Part shown: piece by piece, positions 35,500 to 48,881 of the stretch
How the letters are laid out: the number at the start of each line of letters is the position of its first letter
How positions within the stretch are numbered: the first letter of the stretch is position 1
Origin: Octopus vulgaris
Lineage: Eukaryota
Direction: 5' to 3'
Assembly: GCA_951406725.2 (NCBI GenBank)
Contig: OX597816.1
Coordinates: 137,454,001-137,518,000, forward strand
Length of the DNA stretch: 64,000 bases
Translations under genes and position numbers: made by a program
The notes under the pieces: generated by a model
What the model was told of the DNA's origin: nothing
The model's database searches: none
Seen by the model: the letters and a program-made list of their open reading frames with translations, nothing else

Positions 35500-37680
35500 T
35501 TACTAATGAATTCTTGAAAGCAAACCCAACACCAGATCTTCTTCAATAGCGCCAGTGAGAACAGCAAACGAACATTTGCTTTTGACTGAAACTGCCTCTA
35601 TTCATAAGCACAGGGTAGAACATTTTCTGCTCTTTTGAATAGACCATCATCCAGTGACGTGAAGATGATAGAAAAAAATCAAACACCTTCCAGTTATAGA
35701 GGAGATGGCATTTGCACCAACTCTAAATGACATTTATTTAGCTGTGAATAAGCTGAGTAACAATAAGTTTCCAGGGTCTGATGGAATCTGTGAAATATGG
35801 GAGTGATAAAATGTTTGAACTCTTAAAGACATTAATTTGTCACTTTTGGAGAACAGAGAAAGTGCCTCAAGACTGGATTGATGCTATTTTAGTCTTCTCG
35901 CATAAATTGGAGCCAAACAAAAAATCTGTGGTAATTATCGCGGAATTTCGCTTTTGTCGGTTGTTGGAAAGGTACTTGCCCGTATTCTGTGAAAACTTTA
36001 AAATTCCTACGTAGTTACAAATGTAGTATCTAAGTCTCAATGTAGTTTTCGCTCCTCCAGCGACACGGTTGATTGTATCTTTACTATCAGACAATTTCAA
36101 GAAAAGTGCAAAAGTGCATTGAACAGAATTTTGTCCTATACTACTGCTTTCTTGATTTAATCAAGGCATTCAATACTGTTAATCGAAATGCACTGTGGCT
36201 AATTCTAAGGAAAATAGGTTGTACAGAAAAATTTGTAAACATTATCAGAGCTTTACATCAAGAGTTAATTTTGGTGGTAAGCTTTTGCCGTGGAAAATGG
36301 AGTAAAGCAAGAAGACCCTCTTTGCAATATACTTTGCTGTTGTACTGTCACACGCTTTTCAAAACTTCGAGGAGGGTATTTACATGAAATATCAAACAAT
36401 ATGGAATGTTATTAATCTGACCAGACTGAAATTCAAAACGAAGGCTTTTACTTTACCCATTAGGGAACTCTTATACGCTGACGATTGCTATCTAGTCAGT
36501 CACTCTGAAACAGGCTTGCAATCTCTTGTATCTGCATTTGACTCAACTTGTGATGATTTTGGCTTTACCATCAACTTGAAAACAACACCTGTGATGTATT
36601 AACCTGCACGTGATGGTGTTTGCAACACCCCTAAAAAATTTTCGTTAAGGGTAAGTTACTCGAGGTTATACTGTTTTATCTACGTAGGAAGATCTGTACA
36701 AAATGATAGAAATACATCTGCGAATTCAAAGGGCAGCCCAAGCACTTGGTGGTTTGGTGTTGCGCGTTTGGCGTGAACGACATAAATAACAACACAAAAT
36801 TGGCTCTTTGCAAATCGTTTGTCTTACAATCCTTGTTGCATTCCTCTGAAACATGGACCTGTTACGAAAGACATCTCAAATTGTTAGAGCGATCTATCAA
36901 AAACGTCTTCACCGCATTATAAACATTAAATGTGACATTTTTAATTTCAGACGCAGATGTCTTCGCATCTGTAGGCATCAGTACACTTAAATCAATGATC
37001 TTGAAAAATCAAAGGAGATGGTCTGGTCACATTGTTCGAATGGCGAATGAAAGCACACCCAAACAGTTGTTTTATGGCGAACTTGCAGAAGGGAAACGTG
37101 AGCAGTGTAAATCTAAAAAGAGGTTTAAGCACTGTATAAGGACTAACATGAAGTCACCCTGGAATGGATCCAAAGGCCATAGAGGCTCTTGCTTCAGATC
37201 GAGCTGGATGGCGAACAAAAGTGTGGAGTGGAATGAAAGCTTTTGAAGAAACCAGGATGATTCACGCGAATCTCAAAAGAAATTTAAAGAAAAGTGCTAC
37301 GATCAACGAGAAAATGAATACGAACCACCTTTTTGTGTGCACAGTTTGAGACAGACCATGATTTTCTTTCGTTGGGCTCAAATTTCATTTGTGGACCCAT
37401 GAAAAACTAGCCTCTACCAACTACTCTGCCTTTCTATCTGTGCATACCTGTCAATGTCGTGTATGCCATAAAGTCTGCAAATCTAACGGAGGCCTCAAAA
37501 GACATTTTAAGATCCACAAAGATTAGAACTTAACTGCAGCTCTTTGTCGTTCAAAGTAGGCATGCAATTTATGTAGGCGCCTTTTCAAAACATTTTCTGG
37601 TTTAAAAAGCCACACCAAACGCCATGATAGATCTAAGGTGTAAGTATAAGTGGTGGTTATAAGGAGTAGACAACCACCGT
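35500..37680 (+). mobile_element. Degraded RTE-clade LINE with three C-terminal C2H2 fingers
   Basis: Frameshifted ORFs: VPQDWIDA, FLDLIKAFNTVNR, ELLYADD, RWSGHIVRM..PKQLFYGEL, ALASDRAGWR; zinc fingers at 37335-37625. Confidence 0.92.
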
Positions 37681-37789
37681 ATATATATATGTGTGTATGT
37701 ATGTATGTATGTATGTATGTTTGTATGTATGTATGTATGTATGTATGTATGTATGTATGTATGTATGTATGTATTATTATTATTGTTAT

Positions 37790-40090
37790 TATTTAATGAT
37801 CGACGTTTGCTTTGCATTTGTACAAGTTTGCTCGAAGTCTCACCCAGAGACCTCAAGAGACAACAAGTTAGAAGTTCATGATGGTGTTATGCCTAGGGTA
37901 CCATATATTAGGTTTTGTACATAGTATTGTTCTAGAAAATGTTTATGAAACCATAAGAAAATTATGTTTCTTTTAAAATTTGAGATTATATAGTCAGTAT
38001 GTTACATAGGATATGGGCAGCTCCCATGAGCACCATCTTTTGAATTTCTGCCATTTTGGAGATTACTGGTATCTGAGCTAGGTAGAAATCAACCCCTTTT
38101 ACTATCATTCCTAGGGCACCTATGACAACAGGTATTGTTTTAGTCTTCAGGTTCCACGTTTTGCTAATTTCTATTGCAAGATCTTTATACTTACTCAGTT
38201 TTTGGTATGTCTTGACAGATACGTTTATAACGATTGGGACAGTCATATCAATGAGAATGCATGATTTTTGCCTGAAGTCTTTCAATATAATGTCTGGCAT
38301 GTTTGCATCTATCTTTCTGTCAGTTTGAACGGTGAAGTTCCAGAGGAGTGAGATGTGAGCATTTTCAAGCACTGGAGGTGATTTGTGTTCCCACCAATTT
38401 TTATCATGGGGAAGGTCCAGGTTTTTGCTAATTACTCAGTAAGTATATTGTGCAGCTCTCTCATGCCTGTTGAGATACTCTGTAGGCGGAAGAAGGAGAC
38501 AACATGATCAATGGTTTCATTTGATTGTTGACATACACGACATGTTGGGCTACTGCCGTTCTTTAATATGTTGGCCTGGTAGTTACTTGTAGGTAAGCAT
38601 TGATCTTGGGCTACTATGATAAACCATTCTGTTTTTGATTTTAAGCCAGAAGCCATTACCCATCGATGGGTAAGGGCTTAACACCGGCGTTATTAACTCT
38701 CTTTGGGCATTTGCTATTAAGAAGTTTTTCTTGCCATTTATCAGTAAGAATATCTAAGGCAGCAGTTTTAGTACGGGTTTTCATACACTTAGCTTTTTCT
38801 CTTCTTGTTTCTAGTACGTCAAATTCTGGAATTTTTATTTGGAATTCACTTACATATTCCTTTGCCTGTTTTGCTACTGAGTATGATGCTTTCTTGTTTT
38901 CATGTTTTGAGACAAGTTTAAACATCCAGTCCTCAGAGTTTTTCAGGTAGGTGTCTAGGCCAATTGTAGCAATCTTCATTGTTAATGCCACTTGTAAAAG
39001 TTCACGGCCTTCCTCTTTTCTTGGCAGATAAAGTTGTTCTATATCTGCCTTAGTGTGGGTCATTCTATGCATTGTCAACAGTTTTCGTATTTTTCTGGCA
39101 AGATTACTTTTTCAGTAATTGACCAGTTAATGATATTGAAACTGTAAGCCACGACTGGTAAGGCTAAAGTATTGATCGCTTCGATCCTATTTCTTGCATT
39201 CAGCTTTGTCTTTAGTAACGATCTCACCCTGCGATAACATTCTCTTTTGATCCTTTCTCTCATTACTGAATGTTTGATTCCGTCCCCTAGGTATTTGTAG
39301 CTCTCCGCTTATTCTAATTTTTTAATGACATTCTGCTGGTCAAAGTTAACTTTAGATGTTTCTGTCATTTTTCTTTTGATAAAGGTAGCTTTTTCACATT
39401 TACCTAGGCCAAATTGCATCCTGATGCCATCACTGAATTGTTTAACAATCGCTAGTAAGACCTTGAGTTGTTGGTCGCTTTTTGCAAAGAGCTTTAAATC
39501 ATCCATGTAAATGAGTTGCTTTATAATTTTATCAAACATTTTATAACCGTACTGTATATCACTGAGCAATTTCGAGAGAAGTATTAAGGCTAGACGAAAG
39601 AGAAGTGGTGATAGTGAGTCACCCTGGAAAATGCCACACGAAATTGTTACATCTCCAGCATTGTCACTGTTCAAAGTCAGTGTGGCTCTCCTTGATCTCA
39701 TACTCACAGACAAAACATTTCGCAGAGTAGGAGCTATTTTATACATTTCGAGACATTTCTTAATCCAGCTATGTGGTAGGCTTTCAAAAACTTTTTTATA
39801 GTCTATCCAGGCTTGTGACAAGTTTTTTGTGTCGTTAGCGACAATCTTCCAAGATCATCTTATTGATGAGTAGCTGATCTTTACAACCATAGGATTCACG
39901 TTTACATCCTTTTTGCTCATTAGGGTATGTGCCAATTTCTATCAAAGAACTACAGTATATTCAGTCAGGACAGATGTTAGCGTTTTATACATTGTTGTTA
40001 AGCAGGTTATGGCTCGATAATTTTTTGGTTAATTTGTTTCTTCATTTTTTGGAAATAGGAGTGTTAAACCATTAACTAGCCAAGTGGGAA
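37790..40090 (-). mobile_element. Degraded, 5'-truncated R4/Dong-clade LINE
   Basis: WIDYKK, GIFQGDSLSPLLF, YMDDLKLF, LYLPRKEEGR, CRVC..ETIDH, MPDII..IDMTVP..KYKDL; (TAA)n at both ends in element orientation. Confidence 0.93.
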
Positions 40091-40117
40091 TCATACTAGG
40101 ATGCTTATTATTATTAC

Positions 40118-40156
<39 letters not shown>

Positions 40157-40202
40157 CAATATTAATAATAATAATAATAGTAAAAATAACAACAACAACA
40201 AC

Positions 40203-40282
<80 letters not shown>

Positions 40283-41885
40283 TAATAATAATGGTAATAA
40301 TGGTACTAATACTTTAGTCAATTATATATATATATATATATATATCTTTTTTTCTTAACGCGGATGTGTTGTAAGAATGCTGTAAAACTTCGGTATTCGT
40401 CTAGAGAGACCCTCTCATATAGACGTTTAGTGTTTAAAAGCATAGAAACATCAATGGGTACGTACTGCTGAGGAAGTGGAAGCACAATGAGATCACGTGC
40501 CGACCAATTCCTCTGTTATTGCTGGACAGTTTTTGTCTGCCACTGATATTTCTGCTTTTAAGTACTAAACATTTTTACGACAAACTCACTCAAGACAAAT
40601 AAAGCAGTATCACGGCTTTCTTATAATACATCCACGTTAAGTAGGACACTCACACACACACATACACACACACACACCTACGCACACGCACACATAAGTA
40701 TATTTGTATATGCATGCAAAAAGTTAGACTGCCACTCATTATAGAATTATTGAGAGCTGGATCAGGTCTGACTAGTGACTTGGGGCTCAAAAACAACAAC
40801 AACAACAACACCAACAATAACACCAACAACAACGACGACGACGACAAAATCCCTTTTCTCTAGCATTCACAGGAATCCTTCATACTTTCTTGTAATCTCG
40901 GCAGACATTTCTTCAACCTTGCAGATTCCAAAGCATTCAGTGAATCTCGTACCGAAACCATATGAAAAATAATTAAGGAAGCGAACAAAAATATGACAAA
41001 AAGTAAAACAAACAAGGAAGGAATCAATAAATAAATAAGAATAAAACCAAGGGAGGTATGCGATGCCAAACTTAAGAAATATGGCGTTTCAAGAGAATTA
41101 CCGCTATTTACACTCTTTCGTTGGTTTAACAGAACAGAACAGAACGAATTAGAGAATATAATACAAAGCATCACAGAGCTGTTACTGCTGTCAATGCTGT
41201 GCTACTGCTGATGTCGCTGCTACTGGTGTTGCTGCTGCTGTTGCTGCTTCGCCTACTGCTGCTGTTTTAGGCGTTAACTTGAGCAGGTATTATTTTCACG
41301 CATCATCCTAATTGATATTGACTTTTAACCGAGCTACGATCGTTGATTCGTCTGGTGAAGATTAATTTGACGGCAAACAGCTATTGCTAGTTTGTCGTGT
41401 GATAGTTATTATTGTTGTTGTTGTTGTTGTTGTTGTTATTATTATTATTATTATTATTGGTGTTGTTGTTGTTGTCGTTATTGCTGCTGCTACTGCTGCT
41501 GCTACTGTTGTTGTTCTTGTTACTGATGATGATTTCATGTGAGTTTGTTTTTGGTGAAGATGAAACTCTTATACGTAACAGAGTCCAAAATATCAGGATG
41601 TGAAAGTGAAAAAAGAAAAAAGAAAAAAGAAAGACACCAATGGAAAACAAGGCAAAAAAACCCAACAATACTAAATAATTAAATAAATTCTTTGAAAGAA
41701 GGATTAATATTTAAGATTTACGTTACTTCTTTTATCGGTATTTAAATGACATGTTAAGCAGTGATTTATTAGCTTCGAGAAAACACCTCCACACACCAAC
41801 AAATATATCCACATCGACATGAAAACAAAATGTAAAAATAATGATAGATATATGTCGTACACCTCCCTCTCCCTCTCTCTCTCTC

Positions 41886-41916
<31 letters not shown>

Positions 41917-42168
41917 TTTCCTCTCTCTCTCTCTTTTCCTCTCTCGCTACATATCTCTTTTTCTCTCTCTCCGTTATATATTTCTATGCATGCACACTAA
42001 CGTGCATAATGTTTCTACACATACACTCACATACACACACTTACACACACACACACACACGCACGCACGCACGCACACTCACACACACACATCTATGATA
42101 CATCTGTTTAAACTATACATACTGTATATACAAAAATAGATGCACCCGCTCATGCACACACACACACA

Positions 42169-42228
<60 letters not shown>

Positions 42229-42230
42229 AA

Positions 42231-42444
42231 GGGGGTGCGCAAAAGTTCCTGGTTTTAAGGGTATCGCGAAAGTCCTGGCTGGAAGCTCAACTTTCCAAGT
42301 TCTTTTACAGAGCTCAGAAAAACTGAAATACCGTGGCAGTAAGTGTGTGAATCTGAGAAGAATACGTTAAATAAAATCATAATTAAGTGTTTCCCTTGCA
42401 TTTTCTTTTAGCTAAAGCAACGAACTTTTCAGTACCTCCTCGTA
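42231..42444 (+). mobile_element. Mariner-derived MITE
   Basis: Imperfect TIRs GGGGGTGCGCAAAAGTTC / GAACTTTTCAGTACCTCCTCGTA; internal remnant encodes a mariner C-terminus-like KLKYRGSKCVNLR. Confidence 0.75.
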
Positions 42445-42455
42445 CATAAATATCA

Positions 42456-42655
42456 TAGGCGTGGCTGTGTGGTAAGACGCTTGCTTCCCAATCACATGGT
42501 TCCGGGTTCAAACCACTTGAGAGGCAACTTCAGCAAGCGACTTCAACTATGGTCTCGGGCCGGCCGAAGGAATAAGTGGATTTGGTTGACAGAAACTGAA
42601 AGAAACCTCGAATATATATATATATATATATATACACGCACACATATATAAATAC

Positions 42656-42717
<62 letters not shown>

Positions 42718-43200
42718 GTGTGCGTGTGTGCATTTTGTGTGTGTTGTGTATGTGTGTGTATTGTCTGTATGTGTGTATGTCTTTGTGTCTGTTTATCCTC
42801 CCATCAGCGCTTGACAACAAGTGTTTGCGAATTTGTCTCCGTACCTAGCGGTTCAACAAGAGACCGATAGAATAAGTACCAGGCTTTAAGTCGGCGAGCT
42901 GGCAGAAACGTTAGCACGCCGGGCGAAATGCGTATCCGTATTTCGTCTGTCTTTACGTTCTGAGTTCAAATTCTGACGTTGCCTTTCATCCTTTCGGGGT
43001 CGATAAATTAATTACTAGTTACGTACTGGGGCCGATCTAATCGACTGGCCCCCATCCCTTAAAATTTCGGGCCTTGTGCCTAGAGTAGAAAAGAATAATT
43101 ACCAGGCTTAAAAGAAAATACTGGGGTTGATTCGTTCGACTTAAATTCTTCAAGGTGGCGCCCCAGCATAGCCACAGTCTAATGACTGACAGAGGTAAAA
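42456..43200 (+). mobile_element. SINE family A interrupted by a family B copy (42889-43100)
   Basis: Nested B copy flanked by duplication AATAA(G/T)TACCAGGCTT. Confidence 0.88.
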
Positions 43201-43515
43201 GATGTGTGTGCGTGCGTGCGTGTGTGTGTGTGTGTGTGTGTGTGCATAGCGGTGCAGACACGCTATCTTTAAGATGGCATGTTTTACATTGGTTTGATAT
43301 CATATATTCTATACTGTATATGAGTAAGTATACATATGGCATGCATGTGGGAGGAGTACTATCAAGACATGCGACATAAATAAAGCTCGAACATCAATAG
43401 TGGAAAACGTAAGGTAGAGCAATAAGATAAAATGAAAATATGTCAATAGGACGGGCATTTATGGAACAAGACGTTACTACTTAATTACTGCTAATAAACT
43501 TTATAAGATATATAT

Positions 43516-43746
43516 ATTTCTTTACTGCCCACAAGGGGCTAAACATAGAGGGGACAAACAAGGACAAACAAACGGATTAAGTCGATTACATCGACCCCAG
43601 TGCGAAACTGGTACTTTATTTATCAACCCCGAAAGGATGAAAGGCAAAGTCGACCTCAGCGGAATTTGAACTCAGAACGTAACAGCAGACGAAATACCGC
43701 TAAGCATTTCGCCCGGCGTGCTAACGTTTCTGCCAGCTAGCCGCCT
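43516..43746 (-). mobile_element. SINE family B, young copy with Tx1-like tail
   Basis: Intact head and core GCCTTTCATCCTTTCGGGGTTGATAAATAAAGTACCAG; TSD-like TTTATAAGA(T/C)ATATAT. Confidence 0.9.
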
Positions 43747-44642
43747 TAATATATTTTATAAGACATATATCAAATATATACACAAAACGATGCACTTTTA
43801 ATACAGTTAATTTTCGTTACTAAACACAATATCATCGTGAAAACAGTCATCCTATTTACGTTTATATAAACCATAACGTACGTACCTTCTTTGAGACGAT
43901 TTGTGATCACAATTCTCTTGATTCATTGACACAAGGTGTCTTCACCTTGTGGTGCCTTTTTATTCAAAGTTACCCACGGAGTATTAAACTAAATAAAAAT
44001 TTTGGTTCTTATGAAATCCGGGATACAAATTATTTGTTGATGCATGCTGATGTCTTCCAAACCGATAACCAAATTATCCCGAACATGGAGAACAGCGAGA
44101 ATGAAAACGTTCCGGCACATTTGAAATTGAATGTGATTATTGCTGCTGTATTTCGTCTTCCGAGAACTCCTACTTCTAGACGATTTGTGTTCAAAACGCA
44201 CTCGATTCATTGACGAATGAGACATTGAGACACTAGTGTTTCGATCAGGTGGTGTCTCTTTAGTTTAAGCTATCAACAGATTAATGCAACTAAACTAGAA
44301 GCTCTTGTTTATAGTATCCAGCAAACAAATTCTTTGCTGATGCATGCCCTATCTGGTCTTCTCCGAAGACTGAATATAACGGCTATTATTATATTATGCT
44401 CGAATATATCGGAGCATAATAAGAATGAATATGTACGTACTCCTTTGATTCTTGCTTTTCTCTATACACAGGAAAAATTATTGTCGGTTGTATTCTTGTA
44501 ATGTTAGCAGTGTTACTGTTGGTGATAGTTATAGTGCTAATGTTTGTAATAGTACTACTTAGCGTGGACTTTCCTCTCGTAGATAAGAGGCATGCAATAT
44601 TTTTCTGAACAAGGTGCACAAATGATTTTTTTATAGAGATCA

Positions 44643-44727
44643 AAGCGCAGGCGTGGGTGTGTGGTAAGAAGCTTGCTTCTTAACCACAAGGCTCTGGGTA
44701 GATGGAAATTGAAAGAAGCTCGTCGTA
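44643..44727 (+). mobile_element. SINE family A 5' fragment, internally deleted
   Basis: Head joined to GGTAGATGGAAATTGAAAGAAGCTCGTCG. Confidence 0.7.
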
Positions 44728-44738
44728 ATATATGTATA

Positions 44739-44778
<40 letters not shown>

Positions 44779-44779
44779 T

Positions 44780-45345
44780 GAGAAAGTTGGTGTGTGAAGG
44801 CACGTGGTTGGATATATAAAAAATAGAAAAGAGTGAAAAAACTACAGAAGGCTTGTTTTATAAGGTTAAAGAATATATTTAAGTCGTTGTTAGAAAAATG
44901 GTATAAAATTTTGTGTATAGTAACATAGTTTTTGGAGAAAAACCGGTTTCGTGTAAACTTTTCAATTTCTCAAATTTCTTTACCTACATCGTGTCATGTC
45001 TTCATTATGAAGTGCAAAGAAGAGTTCTAGGTAGGGGCAAGTAATAAGGGATTTCTTCCGGTATAAGGGAGATAATCACTTTATTTATTTTATTATTTTT
45101 TTTAATGAGATGAGTTTCTCTGTATAAGAATGTTAGGATGGTTAAGTTCAGGCTTATATTTTTCAATGAAGAATGTTTCCTTGTTTAATCTAATTTGTGT
45201 TGGTGTTCCAATAGCACATTGATAGAATGGAAAGATTAAAAATTGTGGTAGTAGTTGCTTTGCGCATTTCTCAATATGCTCACTAAAGGGTATTATTCTG
45301 TATTCTGGGAATGCAATCTGTAGTCGATGCAGTGAATGCTCCTAT
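44780..45345 (-). mobile_element. Penelope-like element 3' remnant (GIY-YIG C-terminus plus terminal repeat)
   Basis: Minus: LHRLQIAFPEYRIIPFSEHIEKCAKQLLPQFLIFPFYQC..RLNKETFFIEKYKPELN, followed by a hammerhead-like motif and (TA)n. Confidence 0.8.
44935..44971 (-). ncRNA. Degenerate minimal hammerhead-like motif
   Basis: GAGAAA TTGAAAA GT TTAC AC GAAA CCGG TT TTTCTC: 6-bp stem I, palindromic AACCGGTT; core CTGAAGA has two transitions. Confidence 0.6.
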
Positions 45346-45819
45346 CGGATGAAGTCATAGCGTTACTTCATTCTCCCTTTCTCAAAGTTTTCTTGCCAGA
45401 GTTAATGGAAATGTTTTACCACTGCCTTCCCCAGTTAGATGACCGTTGTCCTGCAAGGAACTCATCCGTCCTTCGACAGGTCTTGTTTTAGTTCTGCTTG
45501 GTGTTCAGATACCCTCCCCACAAGAGTAGCAGAGTAGCAAGCTACTCAAGTAAGGGAGCCAGTTTAGTCGCCGACCATTCGACCAGGAAATAGGTAGAAC
45601 CGATTTACATGATACCAGTAGCAGATCTCAGTCTGTGGTGAAATCCCTGATCTGATTGAGGTATAGAGTGTTAGTGCGAGTGAGATTATTGTTGGTTGTT
45701 CTCGTGGTGAAGGTGATGAGTGCGGACGGAATAGATGGTACAAGTGTTGGTGGCAATGCAGTAGACGTTGGTGGTTGAACCAGCTTCCAGCAATGTGGTT
45801 ATTATGTGTGAATTGGTAT

Positions 45820-46046
45820 TCTTTTATTCTTTTACTTATTTCACTCATTTGGCTGTGGCAATGCTGGAGCACTGCCTTTTAGTCGAAAAAATCGACCATA
45901 TGACTTATTCTTTGTGGGCCTGGTACTTATTCTATCGGTTTCTTTTGCCGAACCGCTAATTTGCGGGAACGTCAATACAACTACTTCGGTTGTCAAGCGA
46001 TGGTTGAGGTACAAACTCAGACACAAAGACACACAGACCCACCCCC

Positions 46047-46106
<60 letters not shown>

Positions 46107-46330
46107 AAGGATAAAATCATAAATGATTTTTACCAAGTGGTCAGCGCGGAAATAAAATCTCGTAAGTAAATTAATATAAATATTTTATAATTATATACAT
46201 AATTTTAACAAGGGCTTTTTGCAGCGCCTCACCACGCACTGAAAAATAGATGTCAAAAGACACTATTGCCACCATAAATTCTCCGAGAAAAACACACTAC
46301 ATATGTATATGTATATGTATTATGTATATA

Positions 46331-46387
<57 letters not shown>

Positions 46388-46648
46388 CCTGCTATGAAGG
46401 TTAAAACAATGCGAAGCGCATTGTGACCAGTGATGTGTAGCAACATCTGATAGCCTGGTCGGTTACTGTGATATATATATATATATACCATGGGCTTCTC
46501 TTTCCGTCTACCAAATCCACTCACAAGGGTTTGGTCGGCCAGAGGTTATAGTAGAAGACACTTTCCCTAGGTACCTCGCAGTGGGACTGAACTTGGGACC
46601 ATGTAGTTAGGAAGCAAGATTCTTATCATACAGTCACGCCTGCGCCTA
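45820..46648 (-). mobile_element. SINE family A split at its internal (TA)n (halves 45820-46048, 46488-46648) with nested fragments
   Basis: Between the halves lie an AT-rich repeat (46100-46300) and a family C type-2 tail fragment (46384-46471, +). Confidence 0.8.
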
Positions 46649-46929
46649 TTTAATAACATAACACCGCTATATTTAGTGGCTATTTAAGCATTGAGTTCTC
46701 TTGTTAGTTTACATCCTGACGTCTCAGATACGAAACGTAACAAAAATCAGTGCTAGCTATAATATCTGTAGTAAATCTGTAGAGATGACCTTAACACGTT
46801 GGCAGCGTTGGTGGTAGAGATATCAATAATGTTAGTAGTAAATGTGTTAATAGTTTTGGTGGTAGAAATGTTGGTAGAGATTTTAATGGTGTTGGTCAGA
46901 GATATATTATAGCATTGGTGTTAGACAAT

Positions 46930-47325
46930 AGGCGCAGGAGTGGCTGTGTGGTAAGTAGCTTGTTTACCAACCACATGGTTCCGGGTTCAGTCCCACTGCG
47001 TGGCACCTTGGGCAAATGTCTTCTACTATAGCCTCGGGCCGACCAAAGCCTTGTGAGTGGATTTGGTAGACGGAAACTGAAAGAAGCCCGTCGTATATAT
47101 GTATATATATATATAAGCGTGTGTGTGTGTCTGTGTGTCTGTGTTTGTCCCTCTAGCATCAGTTGATAACCGATGCTGGTGTGTTTATGTCCCCGTTACT
47201 TAGCGGTTCGGCAAAAGAAACCGATAGAATAAGTACTGGGCTTACAAAGTCCCGGGGTCGAGTTGCTCGATTAAAGGCGGTGCTCCAGCATGGCCACAGT
47301 CAATTGACTGAAACAAGTAAAATGA
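46930..47325 (+). mobile_element. SINE family A (best-preserved copy)
   Basis: A box TGGCTGTGTGG, B box GGGTTCAGTCCC, internal microsatellite, full tail. Confidence 0.92.
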
Positions 47326-48819
47326 GAGAGACACGCTAGTAGTGTTAACGGTAAACATAATATAAGTGTTGATGCTAGAGATATTAATAGATTTGATGGT
47401 AGAACTGCCCGTAGTGTTGATGATAGATAACTTAATAGTGTTGGCAGAGGCTTAGCTAAGTTCTAAAGTTAAGGGGAACGAGCAATTATAAAAAAGGCAT
47501 CGTGACACATACCAAACAATTTAAAACTCATTTCTCTTATATTTCGCGAAATATTTCATTAGTTATAATAATATACGCAACTGTATTCTACACTCATTAA
47601 TTTCATGTTCCAGTAACAATGTCATTATGTATAAAACTTACAACAACTGATATAAGTAACTAAAGAGTTAGAAAAAATTGTTCAGTAAGCGCCAATTTTG
47701 AAAAATGTGCTCATTTAGAGGGGGACCATTGAGTGTTGGTCGTAGAAATATTAGTAGAAACTTTTGTCTACATATAGGCCAATTTGTCTATTTTAACTTT
47801 CATTAAACCCAGTCAATCCTGTATACATCACTACCTCCTAACCTACTTATCAGCGCATTACCTCCCCTTAACCTATTGCTAACCTAACTAGCATACACCA
47901 ATCCAAACATACATTATAGATCAATAAACAATGTAGCTAATCCATATTCTACGCTACACTACTCCAAACCCACATTACAAACCAATTCTACATCCTACGC
48001 TAGCCTGTTTATTTCTATACTTCTTTTTAGCCGAGAACCACCAACGATAATTACACGCAAATTTTCCCCTTCCAACCCCCTTTCTATGTGCACTCTTCAT
48101 AACTTAATATTATTACGGCAACGAGTCCCCCTACACGCTAGATCGGACCGACGCTCGTTTTATACTTTACACTTATATACAGCTTCCTTTATAAATACGA
48201 ACCGCCTACAACCTATAACTTACCGATCCGGTTATCCATTTAAAGTTAACTCTCTTACATTACATCGCCAGTCAACTCCCAGAAGTCACAGACATGTGGA
48301 AGCCATGCTAGTAAGCGACCACGAGGTCACAGGTTCAACTGCTGTTCTTCCACCGCACAACAGACTTAACAAGCAGTGAACCTAACTATAATGTAAAACT
48401 TTCGAACCGTTGATCATTTTATTCTCCGATGTAACCCTCTACCTTTCGCTCTACTCTACCTGTGACTTCTTCGTTCTGATAATGTCTACCATTGGCAACG
48501 AGGCAAAAATATAAATATATATTTTCCTCACCATGGTACACAGAAACGATCGTAAACTCACTCCCACTCTCACATTTCTTAACTAATTAAATAATGGCTT
48601 CCTAGCACAAAAGACACTTCTTATTGTTATTTTCCCTCCGTTTTCTTATCGTCTACATAAATTAAACTACGGTTTACCCGCCAAATGATCTGCTGCCATA
48701 TACCTTTTACCAAGGACTATACCTAGTGAGGTAATTACCAGGAGTGCCTTTGGATACAACTATCCCTTAGAGGTTTTAAACACCTCTAACTTATACCTGC
48801 ATAACATGTATATAGGAAA

Positions 48820-48881
<62 letters not shown>

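Noticed and set aside
46760-47460. Degenerate ~27-bp GTGTTGGTGGTAGAGAT minisatellite around a SINE
   Set aside because: Low-complexity decayed tandem repeat with no further structure.
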